In this document: in pieces, positions 40,374-49,849 of the stretch | Layout: every line of letters begins with the position of its first letter | How positions within the stretch are numbered: position 1 is the stretch's first letter | Made by a program: the position numbers and the translations under genes | The notes under the pieces: model-generated | Told to the model about the DNA's origin: nothing | Databases searched by the model: none | Seen by the model: the letters and a program-made list of their open reading frames with translations, nothing else | Assembly (NCBI GenBank): GCA_963765495.1 | Contig: CAVXWP010000006.1 | Span: 1 to 64,000, forward strand | Reading direction: 5' to 3' | From: Blastocatellia bacterium | GTDB lineage: Bacteria; Acidobacteriota; Blastocatellia; UBA7656 | Length of the DNA stretch: 64,000 nt

Positions 40374-41045
40374 TCAGTTCCGGCGGCGCAGCTGGCTCAA
40401 AATCATGTCGGCGTAGCGGTCCGGGTGATGGACCTCATCAAGGTGTATGCGGCCCGTCTCTGATGCACTGTCTATAACGATGTCGCCCAGTTTCATAAAA
40501 CGCTGAAAGACCGAAGCCGTCACGGTCACATCCTGAATATTTCGCAACGGGATGTTGCGCACAGTCTTTGCTATCAACCCGTAGCTCATTTCAAGCTTGT
40601 GACTTGTGAGCGTGTAGACCTCGCGCCGCCTGAGAATGTGTTTATAAACCGGGACGGCAAAAGCAAGCATCCCCGTAGCGAGGATCGTAAAGAATGCGAT
40701 CTGCCCCGTGATAATTTCGGGTTTCCAATTGTTCATGAGACCCATCACGGCCGCAATCGCAATAAGAATCATCACGGCCAGAGCGTACCACATTGCCACG
40801 TAAACGAGCGTGGGACGGAGCGTGAAAATCACCTCTTCGTCCACCATCTCACCGGGCGCAAAGGCGGAAGCCCCGACCTGTCTGGCCTGCGAAGAGAGCA
40901 CGTCCGCTCCTGTCAGAGGACCGAGATTGCGCTCGGCCTGACCGCTCCCGGCCCCAACCACAGCGCCGCAGAAATTGCAAAAACGGCTTCCATCGGGAAG
41001 CCCCTGACCACATTGATTGCAAAACATATTCTCATCCGTGAGCAA
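40374..41045 (-). CDS. zinc-ribbon plus bacterial PH-domain membrane protein
   Basis: FCNQCG...FCNFCG, two TM helices, IPLRNIQDV...GDIVIDSA. Confidence 0.8.
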   Translation of the reverse strand: MLTDENMFCNQCGQGLPDGSRFCNFCGAVVGAGSGQAERNLGPLTGADVLSSQARQVGASAFAPGEMVDEEVIFTLRPTLVYVAMWYALAVMILIAIAAVMGLMNNWKPEIITGQIAFFTILATGMLAFAVPVYKHILRRREVYTLTSHKLEMSYGLIAKTVRNIPLRNIQDVTVTASVFQRFMKLGDIVIDSASETGRIHLDEVHHPDRYADMILSQLRRRN

Positions 41046-41336
41046 TCATCAAAATAATCTCTACCCTGTGTGGGCCGAATCAACACTCGGGTCGCAATAA
41101 TCGGGCGGAACCTCTTACAAAACCGGAACCCGCTCAAAGATTGCGAGGCCTGCCAGAATTTTATCACAGCAACCTGCCCGGAGATAAGAAGCCTCCGCCG
41201 CAACGCAAAATCGCTATGAGAACGGGTGGGAAGAGACCGCGCCCCATCAAAGATAAATAAAGCAGGCAAACAAACTATCGACTGGTTTGCATCGTAACCT
41301 ATAATGTATTACGGCCTTTCTTTGAGAGGTAAACAA

Positions 41337-42347
41337 ATGAGTGAAGCAGCAAATGACAAGGAAAATCAGATGCAGGCAGCGCTTGCGAAGATAACCGGCA
41401 GAGTGACGCGCAAACGCCTTGCCTATTGGATGCGGATGGCCGGTATGATCACATTAGGCACGGCCGGGTCGCTCACCTTGCTGATCGGCGCGGCGAGTTA
41501 TCCGCTTTCGGAATTGCTTATTCGTCCGAGGCTCAAGCGCCTTTTGCATCTGAAAAGCCCGCACCTGAGACGTTTGATAGAGCGTTTGAGGATCGAGTTT
41601 GAAGATGTGATAATCCGGTCATTCGATGGAACGCGGCTCTGCGGATGGTGGATGCAAGCGGGGGAATCGGCTCCTACCGTAATCGTGTTGCACGGCGTAA
41701 AGAAGAATCGCACGGATGTATTGCGCACGGCGTTGATGCTCAGACAAACCGGGTTCAATGTTCTCATCCTGGACGGGCGCGCCCACGGAAACAGCGAAGG
41801 CCGCTTTGTCACCTACGGATTTAACGAAAGGCGCGATGTTGAGACGGTCATCGAGTGGCTGATTGCGGAAAAAGGGATCGATAGAGATTTGATCGGGCTT
41901 GCAGGAGAATCAATGGGCGCGGCAATCGCCTTACAGGTAGCGGCTCATCATTCGTGGATAAAGGCGGTCTGGGCCGACAGCCCGTTCGCTTCCTTGCGCC
42001 GCATAGCCTCGGAGTACGTTCGCCGCGTGACGGGTCTACCCGATTCGGTCCTGACCCCTGTGTTGTGGACTACGCTCAGAGTAGCCAATTACCGTGGCAA
42101 ATTCGATGTTGATCTGGTTGATCCCCTGAAGATGGCGGCAAAGATACAGGCGCCCGTCTTTTTAGTGCATGGCACGGCCGATCAGTTGATTGAAACCGAG
42201 CATTCAAAAAATATCTACGACGCGCTTTCGGGCAAAAAGGAGCTATGGTTTGTCGAAGGCGCGCGCCACGCCAGATGCGCCCGTTTCGCCAAGCAGGAAT
42301 ACGGCGACCGCGTGACCCGATTCTTCCTTGAAAACCTGAAGAAGTAA
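41337..42347 (+). CDS. alpha/beta hydrolase
   Basis: LHG, GESMG, HGTADQ, GARH. Confidence 0.9.
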   Translation: MSEAANDKENQMQAALAKITGRVTRKRLAYWMRMAGMITLGTAGSLTLLIGAASYPLSELLIRPRLKRLLHLKSPHLRRLIERLRIEFEDVIIRSFDGTRLCGWWMQAGESAPTVIVLHGVKKNRTDVLRTALMLRQTGFNVLILDGRAHGNSEGRFVTYGFNERRDVETVIEWLIAEKGIDRDLIGLAGESMGAAIALQVAAHHSWIKAVWADSPFASLRRIASEYVRRVTGLPDSVLTPVLWTTLRVANYRGKFDVDLVDPLKMAAKIQAPVFLVHGTADQLIETEHSKNIYDALSGKKELWFVEGARHARCARFAKQEYGDRVTRFFLENLKK

Positions 42348-42378
42348 GAGCTTCGGCATATTTAAATTTTCGCGCATA

Positions 42379-42408
42379 TTGACACTTTCGCGTAAGGTCT
42401 GGTAACTT
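42379..42408 (+). promoter_or_regulatory. tRNA promoter
   Basis: TTGACA-N18-TAACTT with extended TG. Confidence 0.55.
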
Positions 42409-42468
42409 ACCCATTCCTTCGAAAGAAGGATTTTTCCTGAGTAGCTCAATGGCAGAGCATCCGGCTGT

Positions 42469-43361
42469 AAAGGATGAATGATCTTTGCAGCTTCCACAGG
42501 TGACTGTGGTTGAAAAACTGGGTGAATTCAAGGAAGCCTACGCTGGCTACGGTCAGTAGGGTAACCCTGAGCGAAGCCTGCTAAAAGGTAGTGCGCTTTT
42601 GAGTGCGCTGTCGGCAGGAACGTGCAGAGACTGAGATTGTGTTGCAATGAAAGTTCTACCATTGGTAGGAACGGAACTCAGATCTGCTATTGTTGGAATG
42701 GTGGCTGGAGACGCCGGGATCAGGAAGCAAAAAGGCTGCCGATCTGTGAGTCTCCGGATTACTCATGCTGAGAAACAGAGAGAGTATCTTGAATACAAAA
42801 GAGATATCCTCCAAAATCTGTTTAAGGGATGGGAAATTCCTATCAGACCAATCAATAATAGCGGATATCCAGGAGTCAGACTGGAAACTCGCAATCATCC
42901 CAAACTAAGAGCCATTTATAAATGGTTTTATAGCGAGGGAAAAAAGCGGTTTTCGAGGCAAATTCTCAACTATCTAACACCCATCGGGGTTGCTATTTGG
43001 TATATGGATGATGGTTCTCTCTCTTACAAGAAAAGAGAGGGAAAGGTTCACGGAAGAGAGGTCCATCTCAATACTTACTGCTCATTGGAGGAGGCTGAAG
43101 TTATCCAAGCCTACTTCAAGGAAGTATGGGATGTCTCTTGGACGGTGATTCCAAATAAAGGGCTTTTTCGGCTTAGGATGGGATCGAACGGGGCTAAAAA
43201 GTTCTTTATGATCATCAGTCCGTACATAATTCCGATGATGAGGTACAAAATAGATTTGGGGTACGTAAAGCAACACGATCAAAGCGCCCGGCAACTTTTT
43301 TCAATGCCAGAAGAGAGTTGATGAGATAGTCCGCCCCTATGTGAAAACATAGGATCAAGCG
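42469..43361 (+). ncRNA. group I self-splicing intron, 893 nt (IC3-like)
   Basis: exon ends in U and intron ends in G; P1 GCTGT/GCAGC with a U-G pair; P GAATTCAAGGAA, Q AACCCTGAGC, R GCAGAGACT, S GAGATAGTCC. Confidence 0.92.
42647..43321 (+). CDS. intron-encoded two-motif LAGLIDADG homing endonuclease
   Basis: AIVGMVAGDAG and GVAIWYMDDGS; located between R and S (P8 loop). Confidence 0.9.
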   Translation: MKVLPLVGTELRSAIVGMVAGDAGIRKQKGCRSVSLRITHAEKQREYLEYKRDILQNLFKGWEIPIRPINNSGYPGVRLETRNHPKLRAIYKWFYSEGKKRFSRQILNYLTPIGVAIWYMDDGSLSYKKREGKVHGREVHLNTYCSLEEAEVIQAYFKEVWDVSWTVIPNKGLFRLRMGSNGAKKFFMIISPYIIPMMRYKIDLGYVKQHDQSARQLFSMPEES

Positions 43362-43415
43362 TAACCGGAGGGTTGTAGGTTCGAGTCCTACCTCAGGAGC
43401 CATTTTTTAGGAGCA

Positions 43416-43450
43416 GAGGGTCATCATTTCGATGGCCCTTTTGCTTTCTT
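43416..43450 (+). terminator. terminator after tRNA-Asn
   Basis: AGGGTCATC/GATGGCCCT stem plus T-rich tail. Confidence 0.7.
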
Positions 43451-43860
43451 AGCGCCTTTAAGAAATATCCCTGTCTAAAGCCGCGCCCGGCTTCTATATA
43501 ACCAATTGCCGGTTCTCAGATCATTCTGAAACCATCGTATTATTTCTTACTATTAACTTTACTGTGTTTGTGTCGCTCTCTCTATGGCGTCGGCTTTAGC
43601 TTGACCATAACCCGCCCGGAGTATAATCTTGTTCTGTCTGCAACGATGCAGAAGCCATCCGGTCTTGAGTGGTAGCCGGTATGTCTCCACGATTTGCCAC
43701 TTGTGGAGATTCGCAATGTCGGCACATATCAATCGCCTCGATAACAGAGCACCGTTTCTGGCCCTCGCTTATCCTGGGTGAGTATTTACCTTGCCGGCAA
43801 TGATACGCGCTTCCTGCTGCGAGCAGCAACGCCCCAGGTGAAGTCGCTCTGTATTAAAGT

Positions 43861-44100
43861 ATGATCACAAATTTAGTGGATATCGAAGACGCCAAGGAAC
43901 GTCTTGCGTCCGGCGAGCTAGCCTACGCATTTGAGATAAACGACCATACTACTATGCTTGGTCCGGCCTGTAGTTTTGGGGCCGATTACCTTCGAAGACT
44001 TCACACAGAAGGCCGCTATGCTGAAAACTTCGAAGAGGCAACGCAATTGGCTGATCAAAGAGGCGCGAGCATTACAGGAATATGGTTTGTGAAGCGATAG
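43861..44100 (+). CDS. hypothetical protein
   Basis: 79-aa ORF with plausible composition. Confidence 0.5.
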   Translation: MITNLVDIEDAKERLASGELAYAFEINDHTTMLGPACSFGADYLRRLHTEGRYAENFEEATQLADQRGASITGIWFVKR

Positions 44101-44186
44101 CCGTATTAGGCTCGTGAGATTAGACATTATCCAGACCGCGAGACGAGCGATGGTAACAGTGGAGCGAGTCTCTGAAGATATCGAGT

Positions 44187-45077
44187 ATGAAGACGAAATC
44201 AACCAAATTAATAGACGAACGTCCGTGGACACGCCCCTGGTGGCAATATTCTGAGGGGAACGGTCCCGTCTTATTCTATATCGTTATTATTCATGTGCTG
44301 GCGCTTGTGGGGGTGATCTTATTTCCCTTGCCGAGTTGGGGCATTTTGATCCCGGCGCTGGTGGTCACCTCGATTGGCGGCATAGGAACATCTGTGTGTT
44401 ATCACAGGTGTCTTGCTCACCGCTCGCTGCAATTGAATCGTGTGGTTGAGAATGTGCTTATATTCTTTACCATCTTTAACGCGTCAGGTGAGCCCATGTC
44501 GTGGGTGGCCAACCATCGCCATCATCACGCGAAAGCCGATACGGTTGAAGATATATCGAGTCCGCGTTACGGCGGGTTCTGGTGGGCGCATATCAAATGG
44601 GTCTATCAGTGGTCAGGCTCGGAAGTCAGCAGGTGGTGCCCTGATCTGGACAAGCCGCGATACAGGATATGGAGGCGGGTGCAGATTCCTATCATCACGT
44701 TTTCGATACTGGCGGGGCTTGCTCTGGGCTGGCAAGCCTTCTTCTGGATCGGAGCAATAAGGCTGGTCTATGCGCTGCACTTTCAAATGTTTGTCAACAG
44801 TCTGCTGCACATGTCGCCTGATTTGCCGGATGGCGTGGACTCCAGCCGCAACATCTGGTGGCTCGGTCCTTTGCAATTTGGAGCGTGGGGAGAGAACTGG
44901 CACAAAAATCATCATTCGGATGCAAATGCGGCACGTTTCGGCCGCCGATGGTGGCAGATTGATATCGGCTGGTATGTAATTCTGGGGCTTAAGGCGCTGA
45001 GGCTTGCAAATGACATAAGACCCACCAGGGATATTCTCAAGAAAGAGCGCCAGGCTGTTTATGCTCAAACGAATTGA
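44187..45077 (+). CDS. membrane fatty acid (delta-9-like) desaturase
   Basis: His boxes HRCLAH, HRHHH and WHKNHH. Confidence 0.92.
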   Translation: MKTKSTKLIDERPWTRPWWQYSEGNGPVLFYIVIIHVLALVGVILFPLPSWGILIPALVVTSIGGIGTSVCYHRCLAHRSLQLNRVVENVLIFFTIFNASGEPMSWVANHRHHHAKADTVEDISSPRYGGFWWAHIKWVYQWSGSEVSRWCPDLDKPRYRIWRRVQIPIITFSILAGLALGWQAFFWIGAIRLVYALHFQMFVNSLLHMSPDLPDGVDSSRNIWWLGPLQFGAWGENWHKNHHSDANAARFGRRWWQIDIGWYVILGLKALRLANDIRPTRDILKKERQAVYAQTN

Positions 45078-45108
45078 TAAAAGTTTATGCATAGGGGCGG
45101 GTTGAACT

Positions 45109-45396
45109 GTGTATAGAGTATTGAAGCGCGAAACGGAAATGAGTACCGAAGAGCAAAAACTGATTCACACTATTTTACAGGAGATAGACGGTCAATTAAG
45201 TCGGGGGATTCTGCCCGTGCATAATGATCACCTGAAACATCTCTCTGAAGAAGGCGATATACTCAAATACCTGCTCTATATGAAGAAAGAGGGATTGATC
45301 AGCGGCGATCTGGTTACAAAAGGTGTTGATAGCACACCTTATAGAATGACAAATATCAGGCTTACATACATTGGTATCAAGAGACTCAGATCCTAG
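45109..45396 (+). CDS. small winged-helix-like hypothetical protein
   Basis: LLYMKKEGLI...IRLTYIGIKRL. Confidence 0.5.
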   Translation: MYRVLKRETEMSTEEQKLIHTILQEIDGQLSRGILPVHNDHLKHLSEEGDILKYLLYMKKEGLISGDLVTKGVDSTPYRMTNIRLTYIGIKRLRS

Positions 45397-45435
45397 TATT
45401 GAGACCTATGTTGGGGAGGCGAGAGAAGGAGATAG

Positions 45436-45723
45436 ATGAGCATTTGGCTGGAAGATAAGATCAGAGACGCAATCCTTTCCGTGCGATGGAGGCGGGCTGG
45501 CGAAGGGCTCCACCCTGGCTATTTCGCGGCTGCGACACTCGAATCATTGCAATTGAAGGGGTCGGCCGCTTCCTTCCTGGCCCGTTATATCTCAGAGAGT
45601 CTTATCGCTGATTGGGATAGTAAAGAGCACGATTCAGTAAAAGGTGAACTGGATGAGTTCAGCCTGGAAGAGATAGCCGATTATCTTGAAGACGAAGGCT
45701 ACACAGTATCTTCACCAGACTGA
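45436..45723 (+). CDS. hypothetical protein
   Basis: RBS AAGGAG. Confidence 0.5.
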   Translation: MSIWLEDKIRDAILSVRWRRAGEGLHPGYFAAATLESLQLKGSAASFLARYISESLIADWDSKEHDSVKGELDEFSLEEIADYLEDEGYTVSSPD

Positions 45724-45785
45724 TTTTAGTATGAACCCGGTAACTTTGTAACTTTCGATTCGGTGGCAAGACCGGAAGCAGTCAG

Positions 45786-46115
45786 GTGCAGAACGGTCGT
45801 CGGAGACACGTCGAGGAGCGAAATATGAATCAGGGTGGCGCGCTGGAATTCGTTATCGCGGGAGTAGCGGGCTTACTCATAATCTCGCTTATGTTCTGGA
45901 TAGGCCATGCATTGTTGGGATGGCTGGAACATGAAACTCTGCCGGAGTCTGAATCTCTGCGGGGTAAGCCCGAGCAGTCGGTGCTGGAAAATCCGGCTGG
46001 CCTGCCGATAGAAGCCGGGCAGAGGCGATTGGCAACGCAATCTGAACATAATGATATAAATGCAAAGATAGAACGCACTCATCCAACCCCGGTCCCCACG
46101 GCTGGTCAATTGTGA
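45786..46115 (+). CDS. hypothetical membrane protein
   Basis: single TM helix; likely start MNQGG after GAGGAG. Confidence 0.45.
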   Translation: MQNGRRRHVEERNMNQGGALEFVIAGVAGLLIISLMFWIGHALLGWLEHETLPESESLRGKPEQSVLENPAGLPIEAGQRRLATQSEHNDINAKIERTHPTPVPTAGQL

Positions 46116-46183
46116 TTGTGGTTTGAGCGCTCAGCTTAAGAGCGTCCAACTCGTGTGCTCGTAAATGGAGGTATGCAATACTG

Positions 46184-46741
46184 ATGGCAAGTAACAGCCC
46201 TGTACTCCTCGAGGATGGCGACGGCCAGATCGTAGCCGAGCTATCCGATTCCCTGATGAGCGCACCCGAAGCGCAGGCGACCAAACATCAGGCATCCAAA
46301 AATCAAATGCCGGTTATACCTGATGAGGTCAAATATGAGCCTCAGGCTCATAGAGAAACGGGCGATCAGGTTAATCGTTTTCTGCTTTGCAGGCTTGTCA
46401 GCGAGTCTGCGAGACAAATAAAGATGAACGCGGAAAAAGTAGGTGAATCGTTGCCGATGACGATGATTATCAGGGGCGTCCTGCAATGTTATCGCGCGGC
46501 GGCCAGAGATGAGACCGGTCCACTTGCGGGGCCGGACCCGGATATTGTCGGTCTCAGGAACCTTAACAAAGCGGTGCTTAAAGATCAGATCGCGCGCCAC
46601 TCAAGAGATAGGGTAACAATCAAGCAGGGGCAACTCGAACGCGCAAAGCGGCTCGGCGATGGCACGAGAATCAAGGATCAAAAAGAAGAACTTGAACTCG
46701 CAATAGAGTTGCGCAACCGCCTGGCTGAGAAATTTCGTTGA
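46184..46741 (+). CDS. hypothetical protein
   Basis: GGAGG upstream; helical composition. Confidence 0.55.
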   Translation: MASNSPVLLEDGDGQIVAELSDSLMSAPEAQATKHQASKNQMPVIPDEVKYEPQAHRETGDQVNRFLLCRLVSESARQIKMNAEKVGESLPMTMIIRGVLQCYRAAARDETGPLAGPDPDIVGLRNLNKAVLKDQIARHSRDRVTIKQGQLERAKRLGDGTRIKDQKEELELAIELRNRLAEKFR

Positions 46742-46804
46742 GTCGCGCCGTGCGATGGCTGATCGCCCGATTCCGAGTTGTTTGCCGTTTGATCTGGAGA
46801 AGAT

Positions 46805-47326
46805 ATGAAAATGAAAGTTGACGATATACTTACTTATATAGATTCTCGAATCTCCCCGCGCTATGGCACAGGCGTTGTCACCTCCATCAGCGCGGATGAG
46901 TACACTATTTTATGGTCGGGGCGCGGGTTGACCAAATATCGGCGCTCGGTGATTGATGGGAAACTGGAACAGATATTTCAGCGAGCCGATAAGCAGGGAG
47001 GTCTACCTAAAGAGCGACACCTGCATCTGGGCGCGTCAAAGGTCGGAGTCCCCTTCAATGTAAACTTTGATCGCGAAAAGGTGAAACAGTCGTGCGAAAC
47101 CCTGATATTATCGGAGGTGCGCAAGGCCAAGGAGGTGGCCGATGGTTTGACATCAGAGTTGTTCGCAAAGAAGCTTGCTCTGCGGGGACCGGCAAAGACC
47201 GTTTTATGGCAACTGGCCGAGTTGTGCAGCTCTCGAAAGTCTGCCGCCTGTGATGAAGCCCGAAATATAAGCAAAGAACTCTTCTTCGGCTATGTTCTTC
47301 AGAAATCCGATTTCGATGAGTCGTGA
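46805..47326 (+). CDS. hypothetical protein
   Basis: RBS GGAGA; 173 aa. Confidence 0.55.
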   Translation: MKMKVDDILTYIDSRISPRYGTGVVTSISADEYTILWSGRGLTKYRRSVIDGKLEQIFQRADKQGGLPKERHLHLGASKVGVPFNVNFDREKVKQSCETLILSEVRKAKEVADGLTSELFAKKLALRGPAKTVLWQLAELCSSRKSAACDEARNISKELFFGYVLQKSDFDES

Positions 47327-47454
47327 TCTCGCGTGTGTAGGGTCATTGTTATGGTGCGACAGCAATTCGCGGACAAGTATCTCTTCAGTTATATCCTTGA
47401 TGTGTGAATAGAGAGCCACAATTGCTTTAGCCTCTCCTCAAGTGGGCAACCTAT

Positions 47455-49404
47455 TCAATGCGAAAGACCGACGCGCAGCAGCAAGCTTGTGAAGCGAGGG
47501 TCCGAGCGCAGAGGGTCGTAAGGTTGTTCAACTAGCAGGTTCATCAGTTGCGGTGAATGTTCCGCATAGGCTTCTTCGAGTAAGGCAAAAGCCCGGTCCC
47601 TTTGCCCGACTGCGGCACAGAGCATCGCCTTCAACGCGGGCGGAACATACTCTCGCTCTGCTAACTGATTCAATTCCTCAAGCATCTTTTGCGCCTCAGC
47701 TTTTCGACCGGCGCTGGCGTAGATCAAGCCAATGCCGCAGACGTAAGCGGGCGTTCGCCCGGCCAGGCCGATGGCGGTTTCGTATTCTTTGAGCGCCTCG
47801 TCATACCTTCCCATCCGCCAATATGTATCCGCCAGATAGCTATGCGCCACGGGATAGCTGGCGTCCAGTTCGAGCGTCTTTTTGCAGGCGGCGACGGCTT
47901 CCTCATAGCGGTGGGCGTAGTCGTAAGCCAGCGCGACATCGGCCAGGATCGGCAGCGACAGCGGGTCGAGCGCTTGCGCGAGTTTGATCTGTTCAATCGC
48001 TTCGTCCGGCTCCTGTTGAATGTTCAAGTACAGCGAATAGCCATGATAAGCCTGCGCATAGCTCGGATTAATTCCGATGGCCTCCTCATGCTCTCTTCTG
48101 GCACCCGCCCAGTCCCAATCCAGACTGTATGCATCGGCCAGCGCCTCGTGCGCTTCGGCGATACGGGCATCTAGCTCAAGCGCTTTCAATGCCGCCGCCT
48201 TGGTTTTAGCGATGGCTTCGCGAGGCTCAAGCGGGATATACCACATTCCCAGGCTGTAACATTGCGCCAGTTTGGCGTGGGCCAGCGTGTAGTCCGGGTC
48301 TATTGTGATCGCCTGCTGGAAATTGGCGATGGCTTTCTTGAGGTCTTCGCCCGTTCGCTTGTTCAGATGGTAAAGTCCTTGCAGGTAAGTCTGGTAAGCC
48401 TCGATGTTTGTGGTGTAGGGCTTTTTCGGTTCCTCAACACTGCACAGCCTGAGTTTGAGGCTGGCGGCGACGTTGCAACTGATCTCGTCCTGTACGGCGA
48501 AGATGTCTTTCAACGCCCGGTCATAGGTATTGCTCGCCCAAATGATGCGGCCATCGCTGACGCTGGCCAGCCGGACTTCAATGCGCACGCGGTCCCCGCT
48601 TTTTTGAACGCTGCCTTCCAACACTGCCTCGACGCCGAGCCGATGGCCGATCTCGCGCGGATCAATCTCTTGATCCTTGAACATGAAGGAAGAAGCGCGC
48701 GAGGTCACCTTCAACTCGCGGATCCTCGACAGTTCCGTGATGAAACTCTCTGTCATGCCGTCACTGAAATAGTCCTGTGAGGCGTCGCCAGTTAAATTCT
48801 TCAGCGGCAGCACGGCAATCGAGCGGACCGGCGTTGCTGCCGCGACGGCATGATTACGGTTGATAACCAGTACCACCGACGAAGCTACAAGCAGTGTCGC
48901 GATAAATCCGAGCGCCGCCACTCGATACCGCGCACGCAGACGCCGCATCTCCGCCGTCTGTGCTTGCGTAGACGGTTCCTCCTTTACCGATATCGCCGCC
49001 TCGTGTTCCTCTTCCGCGATGAGGATGACCCCGCGCGTTCTTTCGATTTCAAAGATAGGCGAATCACGCCCAACGGCCTGCTCTTCGACCGGCCCGATGT
49101 AACGATAGCCTTCCGCCCAGCGGGTCTCGATGAAGCGCGGCGCATCCAATTTGTCGCCGAGCGCTTTGCGAACCGCGCTAATGCATCGCGACAATGCTTC
49201 ATCGTAAACCTCTCGACCCTGCCAGAACTGTTCGAGCAGTTCCGTACGGCTCACCAGCCGCTCCCGATGTTCGATCAGATAAAGCAGGACTTGAAACGGC
49301 TTTCCGGTGATGCGGACCGGTTCGCCACCGCGCGTGAGCTGGCGGCGGTCTGGCTCCATCTGGTATTCGCCAAGGAGGTAGCTTTTTCTGACTTGCACGG
49401 CCAT
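47455..49404 (-). CDS. CadC-like winged-HTH + TM + TolB-like + TPR regulator
   Basis: FQVLLYLIE...IETRWAEGYRY, SIAVLPLKNL...YFSDGMTE, TPRs. Confidence 0.88.
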   Translation of the reverse strand: MAVQVRKSYLLGEYQMEPDRRQLTRGGEPVRITGKPFQVLLYLIEHRERLVSRTELLEQFWQGREVYDEALSRCISAVRKALGDKLDAPRFIETRWAEGYRYIGPVEEQAVGRDSPIFEIERTRGVILIAEEEHEAAISVKEEPSTQAQTAEMRRLRARYRVAALGFIATLLVASSVVLVINRNHAVAAATPVRSIAVLPLKNLTGDASQDYFSDGMTESFITELSRIRELKVTSRASSFMFKDQEIDPREIGHRLGVEAVLEGSVQKSGDRVRIEVRLASVSDGRIIWASNTYDRALKDIFAVQDEISCNVAASLKLRLCSVEEPKKPYTTNIEAYQTYLQGLYHLNKRTGEDLKKAIANFQQAITIDPDYTLAHAKLAQCYSLGMWYIPLEPREAIAKTKAAALKALELDARIAEAHEALADAYSLDWDWAGARREHEEAIGINPSYAQAYHGYSLYLNIQQEPDEAIEQIKLAQALDPLSLPILADVALAYDYAHRYEEAVAACKKTLELDASYPVAHSYLADTYWRMGRYDEALKEYETAIGLAGRTPAYVCGIGLIYASAGRKAEAQKMLEELNQLAEREYVPPALKAMLCAAVGQRDRAFALLEEAYAEHSPQLMNLLVEQPYDPLRSDPRFTSLLLRVGLSH

Positions 49405-49540
49405 AAAACTGCTCCGGGGAGATTTTTTCAGGTTCTTTTCAAGTTCTTTTCAGGACTTCCCGCCGCGTTATCGAGTAGAGTCCAATCGGTCAACAAATGA
49501 ATCGACGTTTCAGGACGCCACCGCCAGTATAGCACTGAGT

Positions 49541-49849
49541 ATGGTTATGCCGACAAACAGAAAGATCACTGTTGTCGCCTTTGAGCGTGAGCGTGTCGTC
49601 ATGCGCGCTTTGCCGATGCGCTGCCCGGTCTGTCAGAACGACACCGAATTATTAACGGTCCGCCAGGCTGGCCGACTCGCTCAGGTCGGGGCGGCGAGCA
49701 TCTACCGCTGGATTGCCTCGGGCAAAGCACATGGCATGAGGACCGCCGGAGGCGGGCATCGCGTCTGTCGCCATTCGCTCTTTCATCCGCTTCGTGCGGA
49801 ATTGCCGCACGAGGAGCAGGCTCTGGCTTATCAAGGAGACCTACCATGA
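49541..49849 (+). CDS. CxxC + HTH_17 small DNA-binding protein
   Basis: CPVC, LLTVRQAG...SIYRWIASGKAH. Confidence 0.65.
   Translation: MVMPTNRKITVVAFERERVVMRALPMRCPVCQNDTELLTVRQAGRLAQVGAASIYRWIASGKAHGMRTAGGGHRVCRHSLFHPLRAELPHEEQALAYQGDLP

Larger units (their letters stand above)
42435..43402 (+). tRNA. tRNA-Asn(GUU), intron-split; exons 42435-42468 and 43362-43402
   Basis: spliced TCCTGAG TA GCTC AATGGCA GAGC A TCCGG CTGT^TAA CCGGA GGGTT GTAGG TTCGAGT CCTAC CTCAGGA GCCA forms a perfect 75-nt cloverleaf. Confidence 0.95.

Noticed and set aside
43215-43403. 62-aa minus-strand ORF MAPEVGLEPTT
   Set aside because: Typical spurious translation of a tRNA reverse complement.
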